From: an uncultured Actinomycetota bacterium
GTDB lineage: Bacteria > Actinomycetota > Actinomycetes > Propionibacteriales > Nocardioidaceae
Reading direction: 5' to 3'
Assembly (NCBI GenBank): GCA_963781745.1
Contig: CAWAHH010000015.1
Coordinates: forward strand, 2,281-66,280
Length of the DNA: 64,000 nucleotides
Part shown: positions 9,431 through 18,364 of the stretch, one piece after another
Layout: each line of letters begins with the position of its first letter
Position numbering within the stretch: position 1 is the stretch's first letter
Notes under the pieces: generated by a model
Seen by the model: the letters and a program-made list of their open reading frames with translations, nothing else
Database searches by the model: none
Told to the model about the DNA's origin: nothing
Program-made: the position numbers and the translations under genes

Positions 9431-9716
9431 TCAAGCGCGCCTTCGGCGCGAAGGGCGCGCTGCGGGCGGCGCTGGCGCGCCGTCCTCGCGCACCCCGTCT
9501 TCACCAGGCACGACAGCAGTAGAGCGCCGACGCCCCGAAGGGCACCGACGCTCACGAGCTGCACGACCACGTCCAGGCGCTCCTCGTTGGCAACCCCACT
9601 CACCACCGAGCCGCCGACCCGATCCCTGACGATCTGCACGCCGGCCCCCGGCATCAAGGGCGCTCCGCGTCGCTCCGCGTCGCTGCGCGATGGCCTCCGG
9701 CCACCCTTGACCCCGG
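9431..9716. other. GC-rich multi-hairpin region near the att end (sso/clt-like cis element of AICEs)
   Basis: TCAAGGG...CCCTTGA inverted repeat at ~9654-9710 enclosing CGCTCCGCGT x2; GCGCGCCTTCG/CGAAGGGCGCGC hairpin at ~9435-9460. Confidence 0.5.
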
Positions 9717-9800
9717 ACACCGACGAGCGGATCTGGCTGGCTATCGGGCCGGTGGCTCTCTCCTGGCCGCTTCGTCCTCGCGCTCGCGACCTTCGAGGTG

Positions 9801-9821
9801 CTGAGTAACCAACTGAGTAAC
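9801..9821. repeat. Direct repeat CTGAGTAAC x2, probable tyrosine-integrase arm-type sites
   Basis: Copies at 9801-9809 and 9813-9821, ~100 bp inside the att core. Confidence 0.6.
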
Positions 9822-9919
9822 GACGGCCCCGACGAAGACGATCACGATGCCGGACCGCACCGGACCGGTTCGCGCCTGAGCTGCCAGACGGACACCCTTC
9901 AGGAGCGCTCCGGGCGCGA

Positions 9920-9963
9920 CTGATAAGGAAGAGGTCAGAGGTTCAAGTCCTCTTAGGCCCACC
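9920..9963 (+). mobile_element. att site: duplicated 3' half of tRNA-Ile(GAT)
   Basis: CTGATAAGGAAGAGGTCAGAGGTTCAAGTCCTCTTAGGCCCACC has anticodon loop, T-arm and acceptor 3' strand, but no 5' half upstream. Confidence 0.88.
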
Positions 9964-10020
9964 CTCTCCGCACCCTTCTGGCGCCCGTCTCGGCATCCTC
10001 GACATGACACACTGACGCGC

Positions 10021-10206
10021 ATGCGCGCCGCCTATGTCATCTTCGGGGTCTTCGCCTTCGTCATCGCGGGCTTCGTCCGTGGCGGGCTGCGGTACTCCTC
10101 CGACCCCGAGCTGGTCCTGGCGGCGTCGTGGGGGCTGGCCGCCGTCGGTCTGGTCGGCGTCCTGGCCGGCGGCGTCGCGATCGGCATCCGGCTCGCCCGC
10201 CAGTAG
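10021..10206 (+). CDS. Small two-TM hypothetical protein
   Basis: 61-aa ORF with two hydrophobic helices. Confidence 0.6.
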   Translation: MRAAYVIFGVFAFVIAGFVRGGLRYSSDPELVLAASWGLAAVGLVGVLAGGVAIGIRLARQ

Positions 10207-10305
10207 CCGACCAGGGCCGCGGCAGCCCTTGACAGGTCTCGCTTCCTTGACGAACCTCGGAGCCAGTGAACGTCTCGGGTTCCGTGCTCATCGTTGGGGG
10301 CCCGC

Positions 10306-11254
10306 ATGGATGTCGAGCTGGTGCGAGGCGCGCTCGGGCCGGTCGTGACGGCGCTGGCGACCGGTGCCGGCGTGGCCGTGCGCCAAGCGTGGCAGAACAG
10401 GGACGCCCGGCAACGGGCCCGGCGCCGGCTGCGGGACGCCTCGGCCGAGATCGCGTTCATCCGGGACTGGGTGGCCGTCCAGGGCGAGGTGTGGTCCGGG
10501 GACGACGCCGAGCGCAACCGAGCCAGAGCCCGTGACGACCTGCAGGCGATCTACGAGCAGGTGTTCGTGGAGTCCCACCGGGCCCGCGAGAAGGCGGACC
10601 TGCCGAGCTCCTGGACCCTCGAGCGGGTGTTCAACGCCGTGGTGGCGCTGAGGATCCCGGTGCCCGAGGCAGCACCCGTCCCTGAGTCGCTGGCTGGCCC
10701 GATCCCCGGGCCGATCGCCCGGGCCCGTCGCGGAGCCGGAGGACGAGGAGCCCGGACCCGAGCACCGCCGGCCCAGGTACCGGCGACCGCTCGGGGCCGC
10801 CCGGGTGCTGCGCCCGGTCTACTGGGCGAGCCTCGGCTGGACGCTGGTCTGGGCGATGGCGAGCTTCTCCACCGTGACCCGCCCACAAGGGGGCGAGACC
10901 GCCGCGTTCCTCGGCGGGGTGGGGGCGGCGCTGTTCCTCACGGTGGTCGGCGCCGTGCTCCCGGCCGCGGGCCTGCGGGTGCTCGTGGTCAGGCTCGACG
11001 AGCACGAGGTCGAGCAGGCCCGGCGACGTCGGCTGGGGACGGCCCCCTCGCCGGTCCGGGTACCCGGTCCACCGTCCGCCGGATGGCCTGCCTTGCCGGT
11101 TCCGACAGGCCACGGAGCGGTGCCGGGCAGCGCGGCCGCGATGCCGCCCGCGGCGTCGACGGTCGGAGCCGCGATGCCGACGGGGACGGTGCCCGCGCAG
11201 GCGCGACCCGTCCGGAGCCCGGCCGAGCAGTCCGACCCGCCGACAGCTGGGTAA
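10306..11254 (+). CDS. Hypothetical membrane protein (apparent frameshift near 10700-10800)
   Basis: MDVELVRGALGPVVTALATGAG... continues into the TM segments of ORF 10805-11254. Confidence 0.55.
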
Positions 11255-11374
11255 CGGTTCGTTTATATATTTGTTCCGGCCTGGAACGTACTGTCAGGCC
11301 TTCAGCGTGCGGCGTCGGTTCAGAGGCGAGCCCCTTCCACGCAACCCCACGAGCCATGTCCCGGGAGCAGACCC

Positions 11375-12098
11375 ATGTCCAAGCGCACCACGACGTCCGG
11401 CCGCAGGCACGCAGCGCGAGGGGCGCTGCTCGCCACCGCACTGGTCGCCGCCGGCCTCGTCCAGCAGTCCCGCCTCGGCGGACACCACCACCTACATCGA
11501 GGACTTCGAGACCCGCGTCGTCGACGACCTCGCGGGCAGCTCCGGCGTCTCGGTCGGCGCCGCCTGGGCGCACGACGGTCTCTTCGGCGCCCGCGCCGTC
11601 AGCAGCGACACCACCTCGGGGTTCCTGAGCTGGTCGCGCAGCGAGGTCGACCAGGGCAACAGGTACGCCCGCTTCGGCGGCTGGGTGCAGGCCCGCACCT
11701 TCGACCCGGCCGAGGAGGTGGGCATGTTCAGCGTGAAGAACGCCAACGGCGAGCACCACTTCGACTTCTTCCGCGACGCGGCCACCGGCCAGTGGAAGTG
11801 GGACCTGTTCCGGGCCGACCACGCCCTGTCCACGATGGAGGCCGTCCCCGGACGCTGGTACTACGTCGAGGCGGTCGTCGACTTCGGCGGACCGGGCGGC
11901 ACGACCTTCACCGCCGACGTCGAGATCAACGGGCAGCCGCAGACGCGCATCGTCTCGACCGGCGAGGACGGGTCCACGGTGAGGTCGGCCTGGATGGGGT
12001 CGCCCGGACTCGACAGGGACAGCGTGCGGCTCTACGACTCGCTGTCCTTCCAGGTCGGCGACGCACCGTTCGCCTTCCAGGGCGTGCCGGCGAGCTGA
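11375..12098 (+). CDS. Secreted beta-rich (LamG/concanavalin-like) protein (frameshift near 11470)
   Basis: Signal peptide MSKRTTTSGRRHAARGALLATALVAAG joined to DTTTYIEDFE...PGRWYYVE. Confidence 0.6.
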
Positions 12099-12104
12099 GC
12101 CGGC

Positions 12105-12452
12105 TCAAGCGTCGTTCGGCCGCCAGACGCCGAACCTGCTGCCCTGCGGGTCGGCCAGGTGGGCGAAGTGGATCTGGCCGTTGTCGGTGACGGGGTGGAC
12201 GACGCTGCCGCCCAGCGCCACCGCCTGCTCGACCGCGGCCGGCACGTCGTCGACCTGGACGTAGAAGATCGCCCAGGTCGCGCCGCCCATCTGCGAGGTG
12301 TCCCAGAGGCCGCCGTTGCCCCCGTCGACCATGGAGTACGACGCAGGGCCGGTGGGCTCCTCGATGGACCAGTCGAAGAGCCCGCCGTAGAACGCCCGGG
12401 ACGCGGCCGGGTCGGGGGAGCCGATCTCGAAGTAGTTGATCTGGTTCGTCAT
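12105..12452 (-). CDS. VOC/glyoxalase-bleomycin resistance family protein
   Basis: YFEIGSPD..ASRAFYGGLFDW; YVQVDDV; FAHLADPQGSRFGVW. Confidence 0.9.
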   Translation of the reverse strand: MTNQINYFEIGSPDPAASRAFYGGLFDWSIEEPTGPASYSMVDGGNGGLWDTSQMGGATWAIFYVQVDDVPAAVEQAVALGGSVVHPVTDNGQIHFAHLADPQGSRFGVWRPNDA

Positions 12453-12458
12453 ACGGGC

Positions 12459-12480
12459 ATGGTGGCAGCCACCACCGACA
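12459..12480 (-). promoter_or_regulatory. PafBC/RecA-NDp-like promoter, leaderless
   Basis: Minus strand TGTCGG-N10-CACCAT, then 6 nt to the VOC ATG. Confidence 0.5.
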
Positions 12481-12503
12481 GGACCGTGCCGGCGCCGGAG
12501 GTC

Positions 12504-14114
12504 TCAGGCGTCGACGGTCGCGGCAGTGCTTGTTGCGGCGGGGGTGGCGGCCACGACGGCCCGGCCCTTGCCGGCGCCCTTCGCGGCGTACATCGCGGTG
12601 TCGGCGTGCCGCAGCAGCAGCTGCGCGGTGGCGGTCCGCTCGGCGTCCGCGGCCAGGTCGCGCTCACGGTTCCGGCGCTCGGGCGTCACGCGCCGCTCGA
12701 CCTGACCGGCGGGCAGGCCGCGGTGGTTGGCGATGCCGACACTGATCGAGGTGTGGATGCCGCGGCCGTGCACCTGCATCGACTCGCGCAGGGACGCCAC
12801 CACCCGGTCGGCCACCTCGACGGCGTCGCTGGCGTCCTCGAGCAGGATCGCGAACTCGTCACCGCCCAGCCGCGCGACCGTGTCGGTGGCGCGCACGCAC
12901 TCGAGCAGCTTGTGGGCGACCAGCTGCAGCAGCAGGTCGCCGGCCTCGTGGCCGAGCTCGTCGTTGACCAGCTTGAAGTCGTCGAGGTCGCAGAAGAGCA
13001 CGCTCACCTCGGCGCCGGGCTGGAGCAGCGCGCGGTCGAGCCGGTCGGTGAACAGGACGCGGTTGGCGAGGCCGGTGAGCGCGTCGTGCAGCGCCTGGTG
13101 CTCGAGCTGGTCGCGGGTGCGCCCGAGCTCGACGAGCAGCCGGTGGTTGTCGGTCATCGCGAGGAACTGCCGGGTGAGCACCAGCACGACGAGGCCGATG
13201 CCGAGCGCGAGCTCGATCGTCGGCGCGGACGGGTGCCGGAGCAGGCTGACGCACAGGACGGTCCCGGCCACGACGAGCGGCACGTAGGGCACGACCATCC
13301 GCAGCAGCGTCGGCCGGGTCGGTGCCGGCGCGACGGAGGTCCCGGGGTACTCCGGTCGCGGCACCTCGGCGGTCACCGAGAAGCCGGAGACGCCGACGAG
13401 CAGGAAGCCGATCACCCATCCGGCGCTGACCATGTCGGCGGAGTCGTAGAGCCCCTGGCTGACGAGGTACACGTAGGCGCTGTCGCTGACCGCGAGACCC
13501 CCGAGGCCCAGGGCGAGCACCACGAGCGTCGTACGCTCCGAGCGGGCCGCGCGGCCCAGGGCCAGCAGGACCAGGGTGGCCAGGATGAGGTCGCCGACGG
13601 GGTAGGAGACCGACAGCGCCAGGCCGAACCAGTCGGCACCGCCCTCGGAGACCACCGACCCCAGCGAGGTCACCCAGGACAGCGCGACGAGCGAGCCGGC
13701 GATGACCGTGCCGTCGAGCACGTCGCGGCCACGGGCGACCAGCTGGTCGCTCTGGGTGCCGAGCCAGCTGACGAGCCCGACCGCGGCGAGCAGCGGGAAG
13801 AGCAGGAAGCCCACGTCGGCGAACGACGGGAACGGCACCTCGCGGTCGAGCACGACCTCGTAGTAGCTCCACACCGTCTGTCCCGCCGCCCACGCACCGG
13901 TCCCGGCCGCGAGCCAGCGCCAGGCCCGGCGTCGTGGTCCGGTCGTACGCCGGGCGGCGAACCCGCAGCCGACCGCCGCCGTGAGGGCCGCGACGAGCTG
14001 GAGACCGTCGCTGAGCAGGAGCTCGGGAGTCTCCGGCAGGCCCGGGACCCGGAGCACGACGACGAACACGACGCCCCACAGCGTCGCGGCACAGACAAGC
14101 ACGATCGTGCGCAT
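12504..14114 (-). CDS. Membrane-bound diguanylate cyclase (multi-TM plus GGDEF)
   Basis: Multiple TM helices, FPSFADVGFL; HDALTGLANR, DLDDFKLVNDELGHEAGD, RLGGDEF. Confidence 0.9.
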   Translation of the reverse strand: MRTIVLVCAATLWGVVFVVVLRVPGLPETPELLLSDGLQLVAALTAAVGCGFAARRTTGPRRRAWRWLAAGTGAWAAGQTVWSYYEVVLDREVPFPSFADVGFLLFPLLAAVGLVSWLGTQSDQLVARGRDVLDGTVIAGSLVALSWVTSLGSVVSEGGADWFGLALSVSYPVGDLILATLVLLALGRAARSERTTLVVLALGLGGLAVSDSAYVYLVSQGLYDSADMVSAGWVIGFLLVGVSGFSVTAEVPRPEYPGTSVAPAPTRPTLLRMVVPYVPLVVAGTVLCVSLLRHPSAPTIELALGIGLVVLVLTRQFLAMTDNHRLLVELGRTRDQLEHQALHDALTGLANRVLFTDRLDRALLQPGAEVSVLFCDLDDFKLVNDELGHEAGDLLLQLVAHKLLECVRATDTVARLGGDEFAILLEDASDAVEVADRVVASLRESMQVHGRGIHTSISVGIANHRGLPAGQVERRVTPERRNRERDLAADAERTATAQLLLRHADTAMYAAKGAGKGRAVVAATPAATSTAATVDA

Positions 14115-14259
14115 CGGATCTCCCCTTCCGGCGCGACCAGGGTGACATGTCGAGCCGCCTGGGATGTCCCGGTTCGCGAAATTGGGTCCGGCGCTGCCGC
14201 GGCGCGAGAGCTCTCCACCGGTTGGTAGAGTCGTCCGTCGCACACCGAAAGGAACCGTC

Positions 14260-14385
14260 GTGAAGAAGATCGTGCTCGTGGCCGTCGCCGCCGCGGCCGC
14301 CGTCCTCGCCAGCCGCAAGGCCAAGGCCGGTCAGCGCGAGCAGGCCCTGTGGGCCGAGGCCACCGACAACGTCACCCGGTCCTGA
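14260..14385 (+). CDS. DLW-39 family small protein
   Basis: GTG after GAAAGGA; KKIVLVAVAAAAAVLASRK...LWAEATD; conserved position before tRNA-Ala. Confidence 0.85.
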   Translation: MKKIVLVAVAAAAAVLASRKAKAGQREQALWAEATDNVTRS

Positions 14386-14433
14386 TCACCCGACCCGTCC
14401 CGCCGTACGACGGTCGGGCCCGGGTCGCACCGC

Positions 14434-14506
14434 GGGGCCATGGCGCAATTGGTAGCGCACCTGCTTTGCAAGCAGGGGGTTAGGGGTTCGAGTCCCCTTG
14501 GCTCCA
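14434..14506 (+). tRNA. tRNA-Ala(TGC)
   Basis: GGGGCCA...TGGCTCCA cloverleaf, anticodon loop TTTGCAA, GTTCGAG T-loop. Confidence 0.97.
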
Positions 14507-14570
14507 CCGCTCCGAATCCGGAGGGTCACTCGTGGACCGGGGACCCTTTCGGTGCGGCTAGCCTGTGGCC

Positions 14571-15881
14571 ATGCGCCGCACTGCGGACGCCGTGGTCATC
14601 GGCGCCGGGATCATCGGGTGTTCGGTCGCCCACGCCCTGGCCGACTCGGGACGCTCGGTCCTGGTGGTCGACCGCAACCCCGGGCCCGGGCAGGGGTCGA
14701 CCAGCGCCTCCTCGGCGATCATCCGCTTCAACTACTCGACTCTCGCCGGGGTGGCCACCGCGTGGGAGGCGCACTGGTCGTGGCTGGACTGGGAGGGGTT
14801 CCTCGGCGGCCGTGACACGGACGGGTCGCTCGCGCGGTTCTGGCAGACGGGGTCCCTCTGCCTCGACGCGCCGGCCCACGACTCGGCCAGGGTGCTCGGG
14901 CTGTTCGACCGGATCGGCGTGCCCTACGACGTGCTCGACGCCGCCGAGATCCGGCGGGCGTACCCGTGGCTGGACCCCGCACGTCACTACCCCCCGAAGC
15001 CGGTCGACAGCGACGCCTTCTGGGACGAGCCGTCAGGGGACATCGGCGGCTACGCCACCCCCGATGCAGGGTTCGTCGACGATCCCTCCTACGCGGCCCA
15101 CAACCTGGCCACGGCCGCCGAGCGCCGGGGCGTGCAGTTCCTCTTCCGTACGACGGTCGCGGGGATCAGGCGCACCGGGGACCGGGTGTCGGGGGTGGAG
15201 CTCGGCGACGGGAGCGTCATCGACACCCCGGTGGCGGTCAACGTCTCCGGTCCGGCCTCCGGGCACCTCAACGACCTGGCGGGCGTCTCGGAGGACTTCG
15301 CCGTCCTGACCCGTCCGATGCGCGTGGAGACGCATGCCGTGCCGGCCCCGCCCGGGTTCCACGTCGACGGCCGGCCCGGCCCGCTGGTCGCCGACATCGA
15401 CCTGGGCACCTACTTCCGGGGAACGCCCTCCGGCGAGCTGCTGGTCGGCGGGGCCGAGCCGGAGTGCGACCCGCTGGAGTGGCTGCAGGACGCCGACGAC
15501 TACGACCCGTCGGTGACCCGGGCGCTCTACGAGGCGCAGGTCTACCGGGCCGCCCGACGCCTGCCGGAGCTGGGCGTCCCCGGCACGCCCCGCGGGATCG
15601 CCGCGGTGTACGACGTGGCCGACGACTGGATCCCGATCTACGACCGGACGGCGCTCCCCGGCTTCTATGTCGCCATCGGCACCAGCGGCAACCAGTTCAA
15701 GAACGCACCCCTGGTCGGCGGCTACCTGCGGGCGATCATCGACGCCTGCGAGTCGGGGGTCGACCACGACGAGACACCGGCGCACGTCCACCTGCCGCAC
15801 GTCGGCATCGACCTGGACCTGTCGGCGTACAGTCGGCGGCGCCAGCCCAGCTCGGACAGCAGCAACACGGTCATGGGCTGA
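14571..15881 (+). CDS. FAD-dependent oxidoreductase, DAO/sarcosine oxidase beta-like
   Basis: VIGAGIIG; GSTSASSAIIR; YDVADDWIPIYD; GTSGNQFKNAP. Confidence 0.88.
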   Translation: MRRTADAVVIGAGIIGCSVAHALADSGRSVLVVDRNPGPGQGSTSASSAIIRFNYSTLAGVATAWEAHWSWLDWEGFLGGRDTDGSLARFWQTGSLCLDAPAHDSARVLGLFDRIGVPYDVLDAAEIRRAYPWLDPARHYPPKPVDSDAFWDEPSGDIGGYATPDAGFVDDPSYAAHNLATAAERRGVQFLFRTTVAGIRRTGDRVSGVELGDGSVIDTPVAVNVSGPASGHLNDLAGVSEDFAVLTRPMRVETHAVPAPPGFHVDGRPGPLVADIDLGTYFRGTPSGELLVGGAEPECDPLEWLQDADDYDPSVTRALYEAQVYRAARRLPELGVPGTPRGIAAVYDVADDWIPIYDRTALPGFYVAIGTSGNQFKNAPLVGGYLRAIIDACESGVDHDETPAHVHLPHVGIDLDLSAYSRRRQPSSDSSNTVMG

Positions 15882-15934
15882 GCGGCCCGCTCGTTGACGA
15901 CTCGACCACCGCAGGCAGCACCGACGGGAGGACC

Positions 15935-18364
15935 GTGAAGCAGACCCACTACAGGGCGGTGGTCATCGGTGGAGGCGTCGTCGGCGCCAGCGTCCTCTAC
16001 CACCTCGCCAAGCTCGGGTGGAGCGACCTGCTCCTCGTCGAGCGATCGGAGCTGACCGCCGGGTCGACGTGGCACGCCGCGGCCGGCTTCCACACCCTCA
16101 ACGGCGACCCCAACGTGGCCGCCCTGCAGAAGTACTCGATCGACCTCTACGCCGAGCTCGAGGCCGAGACCGGGCAGTCCTGCGGTCTGCACATGACCGG
16201 TGGCATCAACCTCGCCGGGACACCGGAGCGCTGGGAGTGGCTCCAGTCGCAGTGGGCGGTCTACCAGACGATCGGCAACGAGACGGTGCGCCTGATCGGT
16301 CCGGAGGAGATCGAGGCGCTGTGCCCGATCGTCGACATCGACGGCATCTACGGCGGCATGTACGACACCCACGAGGGACACCTCGACGCCTCCGGTACGA
16401 CGTACGCCTATGCCGCCGCAGCGCGCAAGCGTGGCGCCGAGGTGGTGCTGCACAACCGCGTCGTCGAGCTGCACCGGCGCCGCGGGGGCTGGAGCGTCGT
16501 GACCGAGCACGGCACGATCACCACCGACCACGTGGTCGACGCCGGGGGGCTGTGGGCCCGCAACGTCGGCCGGATGGCGGGGGTGGACCTGCCGGTGGCG
16601 CCGATGGAGCACCACTACCTGGTGACCGAGGCGATCCCCGAGGTGGCCGACCACGTCGGCGAGCTGCCGATGATGATGGACCTGGAGGGGTTCACCTACC
16701 TCCGGCAGGAGGGACAGGGACTGCTCCTCGGGGTCTACGAGCTCCAGCCGCGGCACTGGCACGTCGAGGGTGCGCCGTGGGACTTCGGGATGCGCCTGCT
16801 CCCGCCCGACATCGACCGCATCGGTCCGGAGCTGGAGATCGGCCTGTCCCGCTTCCCGTGCCTGGAGACGGCGGGCATCCAGAAGTGGGTGAACGGCGCC
16901 TTCACCTTCACCCCCGACGGCAACCCGCTCGTCGGGCCGGTCGGTGGGCTGCCCGGGTTCTGGGTGGCGTGCGGGGTGATGGCGGGCTTCAGCCAGGGCG
17001 GCGGCGTGGGGCTGGCCCTGGCCCAGTGGATGGTCCACGGCGAGCCGGAGCGTGACGTCTTCGGGATGGACGTCGCCCGCTACGGCGAGTTCGCCAGCGC
17101 CGACGGGTACCTCACCGCGACGACGGGCCAGTTCTACCAGCGCCGGTTCGTGATGACCTATCCCAACGAGCAGCTGCCGGCGGGCCGACCGCTGAAGGTG
17201 AGCCCGATCCACGAGGACCTCGTCGCCCAGGGCGCCCACTTCGCGGTCAACTGGGGGCTCGAGACGCCCCGCTACTTCGTCCCCGACGACCCGGACTTCG
17301 CCGAGACGCCGTCGTTGGGGCGGAGCAACGCCTTCGACGTCGTCGCCGCGGAGGTGCGAGCCACCCGCGCCGGGGTCGGCATCCTCGACACGACCGCGTT
17401 CTCCCGCTACGCGGTCACGGGACCGGGGGCCCGGGCCTGGCTCGACCACCTGCTGGCCGGCGTCGTGCCCGAGCCGGGACGCATCCGGTTGACCCCGATG
17501 CTGAGCGAGTCGGGGCGGCTGACCGGCGATCTGACCACGACGTGCTGGGCCGAGGACGAGTTCTGGGTCATGGGCTCCTACTACCTGCGGTCCTGGCACC
17601 TGCGGTGGTTCCGGGACCGGCTCCCCACCGACGGCAGCGTCAGGCTCGAGGACGTCTCCGACCGGGTCGCCGGGGTGTCGCTGTCCGGGCCGCAGTCGCT
17701 GGACCTGATCGAGCGCCTCGACCCGGCCGCCCGGCACCTGCGGTGGCTGCACGCCACCGAGCTCGACGTCGGTCCGCACCGGGTGCGGGTGGGGCGGCTG
17801 AGCGTGACCGGGGAGCTGGGCTACGAGCTCAACGTCCCCGCCACCCAGCTGGCCGCGGTCCACCGCCTGGTGCGCGAGGCGGGCGACGGTCTCGACGTCG
17901 TCCCGCTGGGCTACGAGGCGCTGGACGCGATGCGCCTGGAGAAGTCGTTCGGGATCTGGTCGCGCGAGTTCACCTGGGCCTACACGCCCGCGATGAGCGG
18001 GCTGGACCGGTTCGTCTCCTTCGACAAGCCCTCGTTCGTCGGTCGCGACGCGGCCCTGCGCGAACGGGACCGGGGCGCGGCGCAGCGGCTGGTCACCCTG
18101 GCCGTCGACAGCGTCGACGCCGACGCCGGGACGTTCGACCCCGTCTGGGCGGGCAGCAGCCGGGTCGGCTTCGTCACGTCGGGCGGCTACGGGCACAGCG
18201 TGGGCACGAGCCTGGCCCTCGCGTACGTCGACGAGGCGAGTGCGCAGGTGGGGACCGAGCTCGCCGTCCACGTCGTCGGGCAGCTGACACCAGCCCGGGT
18301 GATCGCCGACAGTCCGCACGACCCGACCGGCCAGCGGCCGCGAGCCCACAGGGATGGATCCTGA
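15935..18364 (+). CDS. Dimethylglycine/sarcosine dehydrogenase-like (DAO plus GcvT domains)
   Basis: GTG after GGGAGG; VIGGGVVG, LTAGSTWHAAA, NGAFTFTPDGNPLVG, GELGYEL, MRLEKSF. Confidence 0.92.
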   Translation: MKQTHYRAVVIGGGVVGASVLYHLAKLGWSDLLLVERSELTAGSTWHAAAGFHTLNGDPNVAALQKYSIDLYAELEAETGQSCGLHMTGGINLAGTPERWEWLQSQWAVYQTIGNETVRLIGPEEIEALCPIVDIDGIYGGMYDTHEGHLDASGTTYAYAAAARKRGAEVVLHNRVVELHRRRGGWSVVTEHGTITTDHVVDAGGLWARNVGRMAGVDLPVAPMEHHYLVTEAIPEVADHVGELPMMMDLEGFTYLRQEGQGLLLGVYELQPRHWHVEGAPWDFGMRLLPPDIDRIGPELEIGLSRFPCLETAGIQKWVNGAFTFTPDGNPLVGPVGGLPGFWVACGVMAGFSQGGGVGLALAQWMVHGEPERDVFGMDVARYGEFASADGYLTATTGQFYQRRFVMTYPNEQLPAGRPLKVSPIHEDLVAQGAHFAVNWGLETPRYFVPDDPDFAETPSLGRSNAFDVVAAEVRATRAGVGILDTTAFSRYAVTGPGARAWLDHLLAGVVPEPGRIRLTPMLSESGRLTGDLTTTCWAEDEFWVMGSYYLRSWHLRWFRDRLPTDGSVRLEDVSDRVAGVSLSGPQSLDLIERLDPAARHLRWLHATELDVGPHRVRVGRLSVTGELGYELNVPATQLAAVHRLVREAGDGLDVVPLGYEALDAMRLEKSFGIWSREFTWAYTPAMSGLDRFVSFDKPSFVGRDAALRERDRGAAQRLVTLAVDSVDADAGTFDPVWAGSSRVGFVTSGGYGHSVGTSLALAYVDEASAQVGTELAVHVVGQLTPARVIADSPHDPTGQRPRAHRDGS

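Larger units (their letters stand above)
1..9963. mobile_element. Actinomycete integrative conjugative element (AICE, pSAM2/SLP1-like), right-hand part; integrase/excisionase expected left of the window
   Basis: RepSA, TraB/FtsK, Pra-like and divergent GntR genes, lower-GC cargo, bounded by a tRNA-Ile 3'-half duplication. Confidence 0.9.

Noticed and set aside
9890-9963. Complete tRNA-Ile gene
   Set aside because: No 5' acceptor strand, D-arm or 5' anticodon stem; it is an att duplication.
14966-15934. Long N-terminal extensions on DMG dehydrogenase, MttB, StcD and acyltransferase in the ORF track
   Set aside because: These are Arg/Pro/Gly-rich off-frame reads of upstream genes; true starts are marked by RBS or stop-start overlap.
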